DNA from: a virus
DNA length: 64,000 bases
Virus record (IMG/VR): IMGVR_UViG_3300042891_000377
Coordinates: 32,001-96,000 of that record
Reading direction: 5' to 3' (one strand)
A program made the position numbers and the translations under genes. Shown here piece after piece: positions 10,974 through 20,200 of this stretch; position 1 is the stretch's first letter; the number at the start of each line of letters is the position of its first letter. The notes under the pieces are model-generated. The model was not told the DNA's origin. It saw nothing but the letters and a program-made list of their open reading frames with translations, and searched no databases.

Positions 10974-11673
10974 ACAACCATTGGTACTAATAGGATCTAG
11001 AGCCTTAATGGATTTTTATACAGACACCTGCGAAGTATTAGGTATCGAACTATTAGGCTTCTTGGATCAATACTATTGGGGCAATACAGAAAGTATTAGT
11101 GGAGTCCCCTGCATTGGTAGTGAATTAGACCTTATCGACAATCCTAAGAAATATGCCGATGCTAAGTTTATGATTGCCAATACCTGGGACGGAAACAGTC
11201 GTTTTGAAAATTTAGAACACGACGGCTATCATTTAAGACAGCAACGTTTAGCATTTGTTAAACAGTTAGACTTACCGTGTTATACTCTAATTGATCCCAG
11301 AGCAATTGTTGCTAAAAATAATCAAATTGGACAAGGCACATACATTGGTCCATTAGCTAATATTAGATCTAGGAACGTTATTGGCGAGCACGTGTTTATA
11401 CACGATAATGCTATCATGGCGCACGATGTACATGTGGGTGAAAATAGTATATTAGGTGTTGCTAGTGTTATTATGGGCGGAGTGCGTGTAGGCGAAAATG
11501 TATACGTGGGTTCAGGTGCATTATTAGTTAACGGAAAAAGTACTAAACAACCATACATTACAGTGGGAAATGACTGTAAGATACACGCTGGTGCATTGGT
11601 GCAAAAAGATATGGAAGCTGGTACAACTGCTACATTTGTAGGCAAGTACCTAAGAAGAACAGACCTAAGTTAA
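10966..11673 (+). CDS. Hexapeptide-repeat acyltransferase (PglD/NeuD-like)
   Basis: N-terminal Rossmann-like segment plus left-handed beta-helix repeats with AHD. Confidence 0.8.
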   Translation: MSKQPLVLIGSRALMDFYTDTCEVLGIELLGFLDQYYWGNTESISGVPCIGSELDLIDNPKKYADAKFMIANTWDGNSRFENLEHDGYHLRQQRLAFVKQLDLPCYTLIDPRAIVAKNNQIGQGTYIGPLANIRSRNVIGEHVFIHDNAIMAHDVHVGENSILGVASVIMGGVRVGENVYVGSGALLVNGKSTKQPYITVGNDCKIHAGALVQKDMEAGTTATFVGKYLRRTDLS

Positions 11674-11682
11674 GGAACGAAA

Positions 11683-12003
11683 ATGGAAATTATATTTGGT
11701 AGAGAAAATGCAGAAAAACTGCGTGAAAAATATACTGTGTTAGATTTAGAAACAGTTGAAAAAGATGGAGTTGAATTAGAAGTATTCTGCTTAATACCAG
11801 CTGATAAAATTAGTCTTGGTGATTTGCCTACACTAGAGCAGTATACTAATCTACATGCGGAATTTCTTGAAGGATATAAGAATAAACACTACGACTACTG
11901 CCGTCAGTGCATCACTTACCTAATGGGTAAGTTTTCCGGTGAAGTTGACACGTTTTATGAAGAAATACTGCGTAGAATCGATGAAATAGACCCTCCAAAG
12001 TAA
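11683..12003 (+). CDS. Hypothetical protein resembling the C-terminal tail of the window's adenylate cyclase
   Basis: By-eye alignment to the last ~100 aa of 25347-27371. Confidence 0.55.
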   Translation: MEIIFGRENAEKLREKYTVLDLETVEKDGVELEVFCLIPADKISLGDLPTLEQYTNLHAEFLEGYKNKHYDYCRQCITYLMGKFSGEVDTFYEEILRRIDEIDPPK

Positions 12004-12023
12004 TACTATAAGTTAATTATAAT

Positions 12024-12057
12024 AGAGCCCCTGTTAAATAATACTAACGGGGGCTTT
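12024..12057 (+). promoter_or_regulatory. 13-bp hairpin overlapping a late-promoter motif and sequestering the csgF RBS
   Basis: AGAGCCCCTGTTA/TAACGGGGGCTTT arms; TAAATA 12035-12040; GGGGG 7 nt before ATG12061. Confidence 0.5.
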
Positions 12058-12060
12058 CTC

Positions 12061-12558
12061 ATGATTAGGACACCTATCTGCAATCTTTTAATGGTCGCCA
12101 TGCTAATTGCCGGCGCCAATATCGTGCAGGCTGGGGAAATGGTCCATACCTTTAACAGTCCGGCATTCCACGGACAAGGATTTGGTATACATGCCCTTAC
12201 AATTAAGCAATTAGAAGATCAAGCCAAAGACAAGCGCGAATCTGCCGCAGAAGCTATACAGGCTAAAGCAGAATCTGCTGCACTTAATACTCCGCAGGCA
12301 CGCTTTATTGCTAATCTGGAATCGAGAATTTATAGTCAGTTGGCTAAACAACTAACTGATAGTATGTTTGGGGAAGGTGCTACTTGTACTACAGCAGGCA
12401 TAGTATGTGGTAATATTCCAAACTTAGGTGGTAACAGTATCCAGTGGAGTCTTGGAGCAGGTAGTGATAATGGTTTGATTATTATCACCATACAAGATTT
12501 AAGTAATGTTGACAATGTAACAACTATGAAAGTACCGGCGGGCTCATTTTATTTTTAA
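12061..12558 (+). CDS. csgF: Curli assembly protein CsgF-like
   Basis: Signal peptide then GEMVHTFNSPAF.G resembling mature CsgF N-terminus; directly upstream of csgG. Confidence 0.75.
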   Translation: MIRTPICNLLMVAMLIAGANIVQAGEMVHTFNSPAFHGQGFGIHALTIKQLEDQAKDKRESAAEAIQAKAESAALNTPQARFIANLESRIYSQLAKQLTDSMFGEGATCTTAGIVCGNIPNLGGNSIQWSLGAGSDNGLIIITIQDLSNVDNVTTMKVPAGSFYF

Positions 12559-12567
12559 GGATGATAA

Positions 12568-13434
12568 ATGAATAAAACACTTATATCCTTATTAATAGCC
12601 GCGCTGTTAACAGGATGCGCTACAGGTAGTGTTATTAAAGAAAAAATAACAGGTGAGCAATTTGACAAGCCTGAGATAGTACGTGAAACATATTTTACTA
12701 AACCAGAGAATAAGGTATTACCTCCAAGTGGTGGGCCTATTCCTATAGCAGTATATAGTTTTCAGGATAAAACTGGACAGCGTAAGAATATACCTAACGT
12801 GGCTAGTTTTAGTACTGCGGTAACACAGGGTGCAGAAGCATATCTAATTGGTGCTCTACAAGACGTAGGCGACCAACGTTGGTTTACTGTGTTAGAGCGT
12901 GTGGGCTTAGATAACTTGATTAAAGAGCGTCAAATGATTCGTCAAATGCGTGAACAATATCAAGGACGTGACGCTAAGGCATTACCACCAATGATGTTTG
13001 CTGGTGTTATTGTAGAAGGAAGTGTAACAGGTTATGATAGTAATCTGCTTACAGGAGGTAGTGGTATGCGCATACTAGGTATCGGAGCACAAACGCAATA
13101 CCAAAGTGATACAGTTACAATTACTCTAAGAACAGTAAGCGTTAATACAGGTGAAGTATTAACAACTGTAACAGTTACTAAAACAGTGTTAAGCTACATG
13201 GACAAACTTGGTATACTAAAGTTTGTTGAAGAAGGCACAAAAGCCGTTGAAGCTGAAACTGGTATGAGTATCAATGAAAGTGTCAATAAAGCAACTAGCC
13301 TAGCAGTTAAGGCTGCTGTAATTGCTACTATTCGAGAAGGAGTGCGTAAAGGGCACTGGGCATTTAAGGAAGAGCCTAAGCCTGTAGTACAAACAGATGG
13401 TGTAAAATACCCTTTGTTAGAAACAAAAAAATAA
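12568..13434 (+). CDS. csgG: Curli secretion channel lipoprotein CsgG
   Basis: Lipobox LTGC; VYSFQDKTGQRK, FSTAVTQG, WFTVLERVGLDNLIKERQMIR. Confidence 0.92.
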   Translation: MNKTLISLLIAALLTGCATGSVIKEKITGEQFDKPEIVRETYFTKPENKVLPPSGGPIPIAVYSFQDKTGQRKNIPNVASFSTAVTQGAEAYLIGALQDVGDQRWFTVLERVGLDNLIKERQMIRQMREQYQGRDAKALPPMMFAGVIVEGSVTGYDSNLLTGGSGMRILGIGAQTQYQSDTVTITLRTVSVNTGEVLTTVTVTKTVLSYMDKLGILKFVEEGTKAVEAETGMSINESVNKATSLAVKAAVIATIREGVRKGHWAFKEEPKPVVQTDGVKYPLLETKK

Positions 13435-13467
13435 TAATAGGATTTTAAAAATCCAAGGAGCAACACG

Positions 13468-14253
13468 ATGAAATATAATTTAAAAGCAACGGTAAGTATG
13501 ATGTTTTTAGCATTGTCAACATCGGTAATGGCCGCAGGCCCAACAGGTCCTAACCGTGTTTACATTGAACAATTGGGTAACACCAATAATGTTACAATTG
13601 AACAAGTTGGCGGCACTAACGATGTTGGTGGTACCGCTGGTAGTGTAGCAGTTGACGCAACAGGTCTAAGTACATTAACAGTAACAGCACCTAGTACAAG
13701 TAACTATGCTACAATTAACGGCAGTAATAACGGTGTAACTATAACGCAAACTGGTGACGATAATCAATCACAGTACAACATTAAAGGTGGCAATAACAGC
13801 TTTACAAGTACTCTAACTGGTGATGGTAATCAAAGTAAACTTACTATTGGTAATAGCACCACTAATGGTATGCGTAATACTGTTACTGAAACTGTTACAG
13901 GTAGTACTAATATGTTGATTACTAATATTGTTGGTAGTGACAACGCATTATCAACTACTATCACTGGTAGCAGTAACCAACTGACTACTGATGTAACTAC
14001 TAGTAATGCTGATATTACCAACACTATTAGTGGTAGTAACAATATATTTAATATACAACAACGAGATGCTGCAGGCAGTGCTGGCCATAGTTTAATCACA
14101 TCAACTACAGGTGATTATAACAGTATTACTACACAGCAACAAGGTACAAATGATACTACATTGAATATTAGTACAACTGGTGATCATAACACTATTACTA
14201 TACGTTCAAGTAGCAGTGCTATAGTAAGCCCAGTATCAGCAATAGTGAGATAG
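13468..14253 (+). CDS. Secreted curlin-like repeat protein
   Basis: Signal peptide; repeated (Q/I/T)xGxxN beta-solenoid motifs; Thr/Asn/Gly/Ser-rich. Confidence 0.75.
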   Translation: MKYNLKATVSMMFLALSTSVMAAGPTGPNRVYIEQLGNTNNVTIEQVGGTNDVGGTAGSVAVDATGLSTLTVTAPSTSNYATINGSNNGVTITQTGDDNQSQYNIKGGNNSFTSTLTGDGNQSKLTIGNSTTNGMRNTVTETVTGSTNMLITNIVGSDNALSTTITGSSNQLTTDVTTSNADITNTISGSNNIFNIQQRDAAGSAGHSLITSTTGDYNSITTQQQGTNDTTLNISTTGDHNTITIRSSSSAIVSPVSAIVR

Positions 14254-14256
14254 TCA

Positions 14257-15348
14257 ATGAAACTATTGCTTGCTTTAGCGTGCTTAGTAGCAACTACTAA
14301 CGCATGGGCAGGCATTGGAACTGTAAGCGATACTAAAGGTACCGCTTGTTCAATAGAGCGTGCTAAACAGACCCTGCCTGGCAACAAAGGTGCGACCATA
14401 GAAAGTATGGATACCTATGTTACAGGCGGCTGTGTTAGCAATATCACATTTAAAGATGACACCAAAGTAAAAATAACAGAAAACAGTCGACTAATGATAG
14501 ACGACTTTGTTTACGATCCTAAAAAATCCGACGCAGGTAAACTAGCTCTTAAAGTAGGTATGGGCACAGTACGTTATGCCTCTGGACAAATTGCTAAAAA
14601 CAATCCACAAAAGGTAGATATTAAAACACCCACAGCTAGTATTGCTGTTCGCGGTACAGACTTTAACATGACTGTAGACGAAGCAGGACAGAGTTTAGTT
14701 ATTCTTGTGCCTAGCTGTAAAGATGGTGAAAAGATTAAAGAATACGAGCTAGAAGAAAACTTATGTAAAGTGGGCAAGATCGAAGTCAGCACACTGGCTG
14801 GTGTAGTTACCTTAGACAAAGCATTTGAAGGTACGTATGTAACCAGTGCTAACATGATGCCTAGTCCTCCAGCTATTATTAACACAATTGAAAGTAAGAT
14901 TGGTAACAGTCTTATTATCACTCGCCCACCCGAAATTGTCAAAGCTAGTAAAGAAGCAGGTAAAAGCAAACGTGATCTAGAACAAGAAGAACTAGAAGCT
15001 ATTCAAGCAAGTCAACTTGCTCAACGTATAGCTAAAGAAGGTGAAGCTAAAGCTGTAGTGTTGCCTTATAGCTTTGACAGTGGTAAATCAGGATGTAATC
15101 CGGCAATCAATGTCTGCGTTAAATGGGAAAATCCGGATGGTGAAAGCATACAGGCCAAAGGTCGAGGTATAGCGTTTCGTCAAAGTGAAGATCACTATGC
15201 AGAAGTTAAAACACAGGGCTACGAAAGTAATACGTCAATTGAAATAATTCACGATGATAATATTGCCTCAGCTACAATTGGTTCGGGCGATCCAGGTGGC
15301 AATGTAGTGCGTATCAAACAGAATTCTGGAGTGTTAAGACGACAATGA
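14257..15348 (+). CDS. Periplasmic FecR-domain protein
   Basis: Signal peptide; F.DDT.V.ITENSRL.IDDFVYD, IKTPTASIAVRGTDF. Confidence 0.85.
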   Translation: MKLLLALACLVATTNAWAGIGTVSDTKGTACSIERAKQTLPGNKGATIESMDTYVTGGCVSNITFKDDTKVKITENSRLMIDDFVYDPKKSDAGKLALKVGMGTVRYASGQIAKNNPQKVDIKTPTASIAVRGTDFNMTVDEAGQSLVILVPSCKDGEKIKEYELEENLCKVGKIEVSTLAGVVTLDKAFEGTYVTSANMMPSPPAIINTIESKIGNSLIITRPPEIVKASKEAGKSKRDLEQEELEAIQASQLAQRIAKEGEAKAVVLPYSFDSGKSGCNPAINVCVKWENPDGESIQAKGRGIAFRQSEDHYAEVKTQGYESNTSIEIIHDDNIASATIGSGDPGGNVVRIKQNSGVLRRQ

Positions 15349-16472
15349 AACGGCTCCTTGTAATCTTATTATTAGTTTGCTCCAATACCTGGGCCGCAGG
15401 ACTTGCTGGACTTAATTATCAGAACTATGCCGCAGGTGGTGCTATGCCATCATATACGCAAGATGCTAATGGAAACATCACTAATCGCACACTACTATCA
15501 ACTGGAACTGTGAATACGGTGGGATTAACTACTAGTAGTGGAGCAGGCTTGCCTACTCGCAGTGATGGATTTATAGTTCGTTTCTATGGTTACATCAATA
15601 TAGAAACAGCAGGTACATATTACTTTGGCGGGCAAGCAGACGACGGTATCCGTATTAAGATTAATAACATATCTGTGGTTAATAGTTGGATAGAATCTGG
15701 CGGCGCATTTAGAGAAGGCAGCATTACTTTGTCAGCAGGAGTTGTTCCGGTAGAAGTAATGTATTACGAGAACGGCGGTGGACAAATGGTTAACTTCCAA
15801 TGGTTTATGAACGGCTATTGGCAGATTGTACCTACAGCGTCGATAGCTACAGATACTACCTATTGGGCGCCTGCGGCTCCTGTACTATGTTGCGGCGGCA
15901 GTTCGTCAAGTTTTAATGCTAGTCCATCTAATGTAACAAAAGTACAGTCATACGCCACAAGGAATACCAATGACAGTCAGGTGTACATAGACCAAATTGG
16001 TAATGATAACGAGATCACAGTTAACCAAACAGGTACTAAAAATAACTACACAGAATACAATAGTAGTGGTAGTTTCAATACCGTTAATATCTCACAAACT
16101 GGTAATAGTTCAACAACAGCAAACTACGTAGAACTAAATGTCAACGGTGATAGTAATATAGTAAATCTAACGCAGCAGAGTACAGGTGGTGCCAAGGGTA
16201 TCTACGCTACAGTTAACGATGACAATAATAATGTAACAGTCTTACAGAAAGACGGTGGTAATGCTTACTTAAACTTAAACCTAAGTGGCGGTAATAAAAC
16301 TGTAGACATAACGCAACAAGGCAGTGCTGCACACATGGCTGACATTACTCTAACTGGAGCAGGTGCTAGAAGTTTAAACTTAAATCAGCAAGGTAGCACA
16401 CAACAGTTTTACAGTATTAATAGTAGTTGCGCTAGTGCCTGTCAGGCAATAACAGTAATACAAGGACAATAA
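15345..16472 (+). CDS. Secreted PA14-domain plus curlin-repeat protein
   Basis: F.VRFYGYI...GTYYF...ADDGIR...YYENGGG (PA14), then IDQIGNDN/VNQTGTKN repeats. Confidence 0.78.
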   Translation: MKRLLVILLLVCSNTWAAGLAGLNYQNYAAGGAMPSYTQDANGNITNRTLLSTGTVNTVGLTTSSGAGLPTRSDGFIVRFYGYINIETAGTYYFGGQADDGIRIKINNISVVNSWIESGGAFREGSITLSAGVVPVEVMYYENGGGQMVNFQWFMNGYWQIVPTASIATDTTYWAPAAPVLCCGGSSSSFNASPSNVTKVQSYATRNTNDSQVYIDQIGNDNEITVNQTGTKNNYTEYNSSGSFNTVNISQTGNSSTTANYVELNVNGDSNIVNLTQQSTGGAKGIYATVNDDNNNVTVLQKDGGNAYLNLNLSGGNKTVDITQQGSAAHMADITLTGAGARSLNLNQQGSTQQFYSINSSCASACQAITVIQGQ

Positions 16473-16623
16473 CAGCAGAATCAGTGCTGTAACGTTATTA
16501 ATAACTGTTGTATTTTTACAACATTGTTATCAAAAAACAACAAAAGGTTGACTCTCCATTATAAATACTGTACACTGATAGTATAACATATTAGTGTTAT
16601 CCAATAAAAGGAGAAGTATCGTA

Positions 16624-17835
16624 ATGAAGAAATTATTATTAGCAACATTATTAGCAAGTATGTATTCAACTGCGAACGCTGGCATTCAAATTCCAGCTGG
16701 TGATTGGACTCTAGACATCGGCGGCGTTGTAAACGCTTACTACACAAACACACGCGGCACAGGTGATGCTGTAGTTGGTGGCGCCGGTGGCCCTAATACC
16801 AATGGTCAACGCAATGAATCAAATATTACAACTGGTCTATTACCAAACGTATTATCAGTTTCTGGTAAATCACGTCAAAATGATTTAGACATTGGTTTCA
16901 CTATTGCAATCAATCCAGGCGCTTCAACAACAGCAGCTGGTGATCAAGGCGCTAACCAAGAAAATCGTCAAGCATTTTTGACTATCGGTGATAAATCATG
17001 GGGTAGTGTAAAACTAGGTAAAGACCTAGGTATTTTCGCTAGTGATGCTATCTTAAACGACATGACATTGTTAGGTGTTGGTTCTGGTGCTGGCGCACTA
17101 GCTGGTAACACAACTACATTGGGTCGTATTGGTACTGGTTATATGTACGCTGACTGGAAATCACAAATTGCTTACACATCACCAAACTTTAATGGATTTC
17201 AATTCACAGCAGGTGTAACACAAGCATGGAATGCTCAAACAGCTGACTTAAATGCAGCAACAGCAGGTGTACAAGCTGCTTCAGCAACTTCAACAGGCCG
17301 TGGTGGTGCACAACCAGCTTTCGAAGGTAAAGTATCTTACTCATTAGCAGGTCCCATTGCTGCTAAAGTTTGGTCAAGTGCCATTACACAAAAAGTTGAA
17401 GGTGTTACTGGTGCCAGTGCCGATGACCGTGCTTATGCTTGGGACGTTGGTACAAACTTAACAGCTGGTCCATACGGTTTAACTGCTTATTACTTTGATG
17501 GTAAAGGTATTGGCCGTACACTTCAATTAGCTGATGGTTTTGATACTACTGGTCGTCGTCGTGATTCAAACGGTGGTTATGTACAAGGTACATACACATT
17601 GCCAACAGCAACTAAACTTGGCGTAAGCTGGGGTCAAAGTAAACTAGATCGTAACAGTGGTGAAACAGCAACCGCATTAGTTTCGAAAAACGAAATGTGG
17701 ACACTTGGTGCTTACCACCCACTTACTAAATCAGTTAACCTAGTAGCTGAATACTCAGACGTTAAGTCAGAAGCACAAAACGGTGCTGAAGGCAAATCAC
17801 GCTCAGTATCGGCAGGTGCTATCTTATTCTTCTAA
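16624..17835 (+). CDS. Outer-membrane porin (betaproteobacterial general-porin-like)
   Basis: AAGGAG RBS, signal peptide, amphipathic beta strands, C-terminal Phe. Confidence 0.85.
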   Translation: MKKLLLATLLASMYSTANAGIQIPAGDWTLDIGGVVNAYYTNTRGTGDAVVGGAGGPNTNGQRNESNITTGLLPNVLSVSGKSRQNDLDIGFTIAINPGASTTAAGDQGANQENRQAFLTIGDKSWGSVKLGKDLGIFASDAILNDMTLLGVGSGAGALAGNTTTLGRIGTGYMYADWKSQIAYTSPNFNGFQFTAGVTQAWNAQTADLNAATAGVQAASATSTGRGGAQPAFEGKVSYSLAGPIAAKVWSSAITQKVEGVTGASADDRAYAWDVGTNLTAGPYGLTAYYFDGKGIGRTLQLADGFDTTGRRRDSNGGYVQGTYTLPTATKLGVSWGQSKLDRNSGETATALVSKNEMWTLGAYHPLTKSVNLVAEYSDVKSEAQNGAEGKSRSVSAGAILFF

Positions 17836-17859
17836 GATTAACTTCTTAGTCTAATAATT

Positions 17860-17886
17860 AAAAAGCCCACTCCGGTGGGCTTTTTT
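17860..17886 (+). terminator. Intrinsic terminator after porin
   Basis: AAAAAGCCCAC-TCCG-GTGGGCTTTTTT. Confidence 0.88.
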
Positions 17887-17913
17887 ACGGAGATAACATC
17901 ATTTGGTTAAAAA

Positions 17914-18020
17914 TGTAACAAATTGTAAAAATATTGCTTGACAGGTGGCCGGTTATCATATACACTAGTAAACATATAGCAAATCACATTTGTAACAAGA
18001 TGTAACAAACTATATAAATA
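17914..18020 (+). promoter_or_regulatory. xoxF promoter region: sigma70-like promoter, late promoter and TGTAAC direct repeats
   Basis: TTGACA 17938 / TACACT 17961 (17-nt spacer); TATAAATA 18013-18020; TGTAA(C/A) at 17914, 17924, 17991, 18001. Confidence 0.55.
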
Positions 18021-18117
18021 AAGTTGTTATTAAGGGTCCTTAGTAACATTTTCAAAACTTGTGGTCCGCGGCATACAGCAACCGGCACGTTTTTATTTAA
18101 ACACAAGGGAGATGTAA

Positions 18118-19983
18118 ATGAAGTTAAAATCAATTAAAGTAGCATTAAGTTTAGTTTTAGCATTACCAGCAGTAGCTTTCGCAGCAGCTGACCAAGAAAA
18201 AGCAATGAAAGACGCTAACAACTGGGTTGGCCCACGTGGTCAATACGACAACCAAGGTTACAGTGCATTAGCACAAGTTAACAAAGGTAACGTTAAAGGC
18301 CTTAAAGCTGCTTGGACATTCGCTACCGGTGTAAACCGTGGCCACGAAGGTTCACCAGTAGTTGTTGGTAACATGATGTACGTTCACACAGCGTTCCCAA
18401 ACAACGTTTACGCTCTTGACTTAAACGACAATCAAAAAATCGTTTGGTCTTACTTCCCAAAACAAGATCCATCAGTACAAGCTGTATTGTGCTGCGATAA
18501 CGTTTCACGTGGTCTTGGTTACGGCGACGGTAAAATCTACCTACAACAAAACGATGGTAACTTGGTTGCTTTAGACGCTAAAACTGGTGCTAAAGTATGG
18601 TCAACTTTAATCAACGATCCAAAAGTCGGTGCTACTAACACTAATGCTCCACACGTGATCAAAGATAAAGTACTGACAGGTTGTTCAGGTGCTGAATTTG
18701 GTGTTCGTTGCTTTATCGCAGCTTACAACTTAAAAGACGGTTCATTAGCATGGAAAGCATACTCAACAGGCCCTGATGCTGAAATGTTAATCGGCGAAGG
18801 CTTCAACAAAGATACACCTGAGTACAGCGCACTATCAGTTTACCAAGACGTAAACGGTGGTAACAAATTAGGTGGTTCTTTCAACACTATCCCTAATGAC
18901 AAATTAGTAATTGGTCAAAAAGAGTTAGGCACACGTACATGGTTGAAACCACAAGCAGTTAAAGATGGTTGGCAACATGGTGGTGGCTCTGTATGGGGCT
19001 GGTGGCCGTATGATGCTCGTACAAACTTGGTTTACTACGGAACAGGTAACCCATCAGTTTGGAACCCAGATGTACGTCCAGGCGACAACAAATGGTCTAT
19101 GACTGTTTTCGCTCGTGACTTAGACACTGGCGTTGCAAAATGGGGTATGCAAATGACTCCACACGATGAGTGGGATTACGATGGTATTAACGAAGTAATC
19201 TTGTTCGACAAAGGTGGTAAAACATACGCATGGCACCATGACCGTAACGGTTTTGCTTACACTTGGAATGCTGGTAACGGTAAATTAGTTGCTGCAGAAA
19301 AAGTACACCCATTCGTTAACTGGGCAACTGGTGTTGATTTGAAAACAGGCGTGCCTAACAAATTGGCTACTGCTTCAACTCACCAAGATTACAATGCAAA
19401 AGGCGTTTGTCCAGCTGCTTTGGGTACTAAAGACCAACAACCAGCTGCGTACTCACCAAAAACTGGTTTAATTTACACTCCATTGAACCACGTATGTATG
19501 ACATACGAGCCAGTTGAGTCTAAATACGTTGCAGGTCAACCATGGGTTGGTGCTACATTGACCATGTTCCCAGGTCCAGACGGTGTAATGGGTGGTTTCG
19601 GTGCTTACGATCCAATGACAAACAAAAAAGTTTGGTACAACAAAGAGAAATTCTCTGCTTGGGGTGGTGCTTTAACAACTGCTTCAAACTTAGTATTCTT
19701 CGGTACTTTAGATCGTTGGTTTAAAGCTGTAGATGCATCATCAGGTAAAGAACTATGGAAATTCCAAGTTGGTTCTGGCGTGATTGGTAATGCATTCACA
19801 TACGGTCACAAAGGTAAACAACACGTTGGCGTGCTATCAGGTATCGGTGGCTGGGCTGGTGTGGCGATGAACCTTGGTATGACTAACCCAACAGACGCTT
19901 TAGGTGCTGCTGGTGGTTATGCTGAATTAACAAAATACAACGCGGCTCCTGGCGGCGGTGCATTAACAGTATTCAGTCTTTAA
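18118..19983 (+). CDS. xoxF: Lanthanide-dependent PQQ methanol dehydrogenase XoxF
   Basis: Signal peptide; vicinal disulfide LCCD; GAEFGVR; GNPS.W; TPHDEWDYDG with the extra Ln-ligand Asp (MxaF has DYAG); W-docking repeats. Confidence 0.93.
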   Translation: MKLKSIKVALSLVLALPAVAFAAADQEKAMKDANNWVGPRGQYDNQGYSALAQVNKGNVKGLKAAWTFATGVNRGHEGSPVVVGNMMYVHTAFPNNVYALDLNDNQKIVWSYFPKQDPSVQAVLCCDNVSRGLGYGDGKIYLQQNDGNLVALDAKTGAKVWSTLINDPKVGATNTNAPHVIKDKVLTGCSGAEFGVRCFIAAYNLKDGSLAWKAYSTGPDAEMLIGEGFNKDTPEYSALSVYQDVNGGNKLGGSFNTIPNDKLVIGQKELGTRTWLKPQAVKDGWQHGGGSVWGWWPYDARTNLVYYGTGNPSVWNPDVRPGDNKWSMTVFARDLDTGVAKWGMQMTPHDEWDYDGINEVILFDKGGKTYAWHHDRNGFAYTWNAGNGKLVAAEKVHPFVNWATGVDLKTGVPNKLATASTHQDYNAKGVCPAALGTKDQQPAAYSPKTGLIYTPLNHVCMTYEPVESKYVAGQPWVGATLTMFPGPDGVMGGFGAYDPMTNKKVWYNKEKFSAWGGALTTASNLVFFGTLDRWFKAVDASSGKELWKFQVGSGVIGNAFTYGHKGKQHVGVLSGIGGWAGVAMNLGMTNPTDALGAAGGYAELTKYNAAPGGGALTVFSL

Positions 19984-19997
19984 TCTGTAGTTAACCT

Positions 19998-20024
19998 AAA
20001 AAGCCCACTTCGGTGGGCTTTTTT
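19998..20024 (+). terminator. Intrinsic terminator after xoxF
   Basis: AAAAAGCCCAC-TTCG-GTGGGCTTTTTT. Confidence 0.88.
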
Positions 20025-20045
20025 ACCTCTGCAATAAATACTTTT

Positions 20046-20144
20046 ATGTATACTTGGCGCGAAACGTTTATCTTTATTGAAATCATTCTATTCTTCACAC
20101 TCGTGTTTTCTATCCCCTACATAGAACAACTAATCCAACCGTAA
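20046..20144 (+). CDS. Small hydrophobic peptide (32 aa, not in ORF track)
   Basis: MYTWRETFIFIEIILFFTLVFSIPYIEQLIQP; preceded by AATAAATA. Confidence 0.35.
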   Translation: MYTWRETFIFIEIILFFTLVFSIPYIEQLIQP

Positions 20145-20182
20145 CAAAAATTTAATCTGTTTGTAACACTACTGTAATCTTT
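20139..20182 (+). promoter_or_regulatory. Tandem Pho-box-like (PhoB) repeats
   Basis: 11-nt phased units CCGTAACAAAA/ATTTAATCTGT/TTGTAACACTA/CTGTAATCTTT upstream of phosphate genes. Confidence 0.65.
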
Positions 20183-20200
20183 GTGTGTTTAAATATACAT

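Noticed and set aside
18118-19983. MxaF (calcium-dependent MDH)
   Set aside because: The active-site motif is DYDG, not DYAG, and there are no mxaI/mxaJ neighbours
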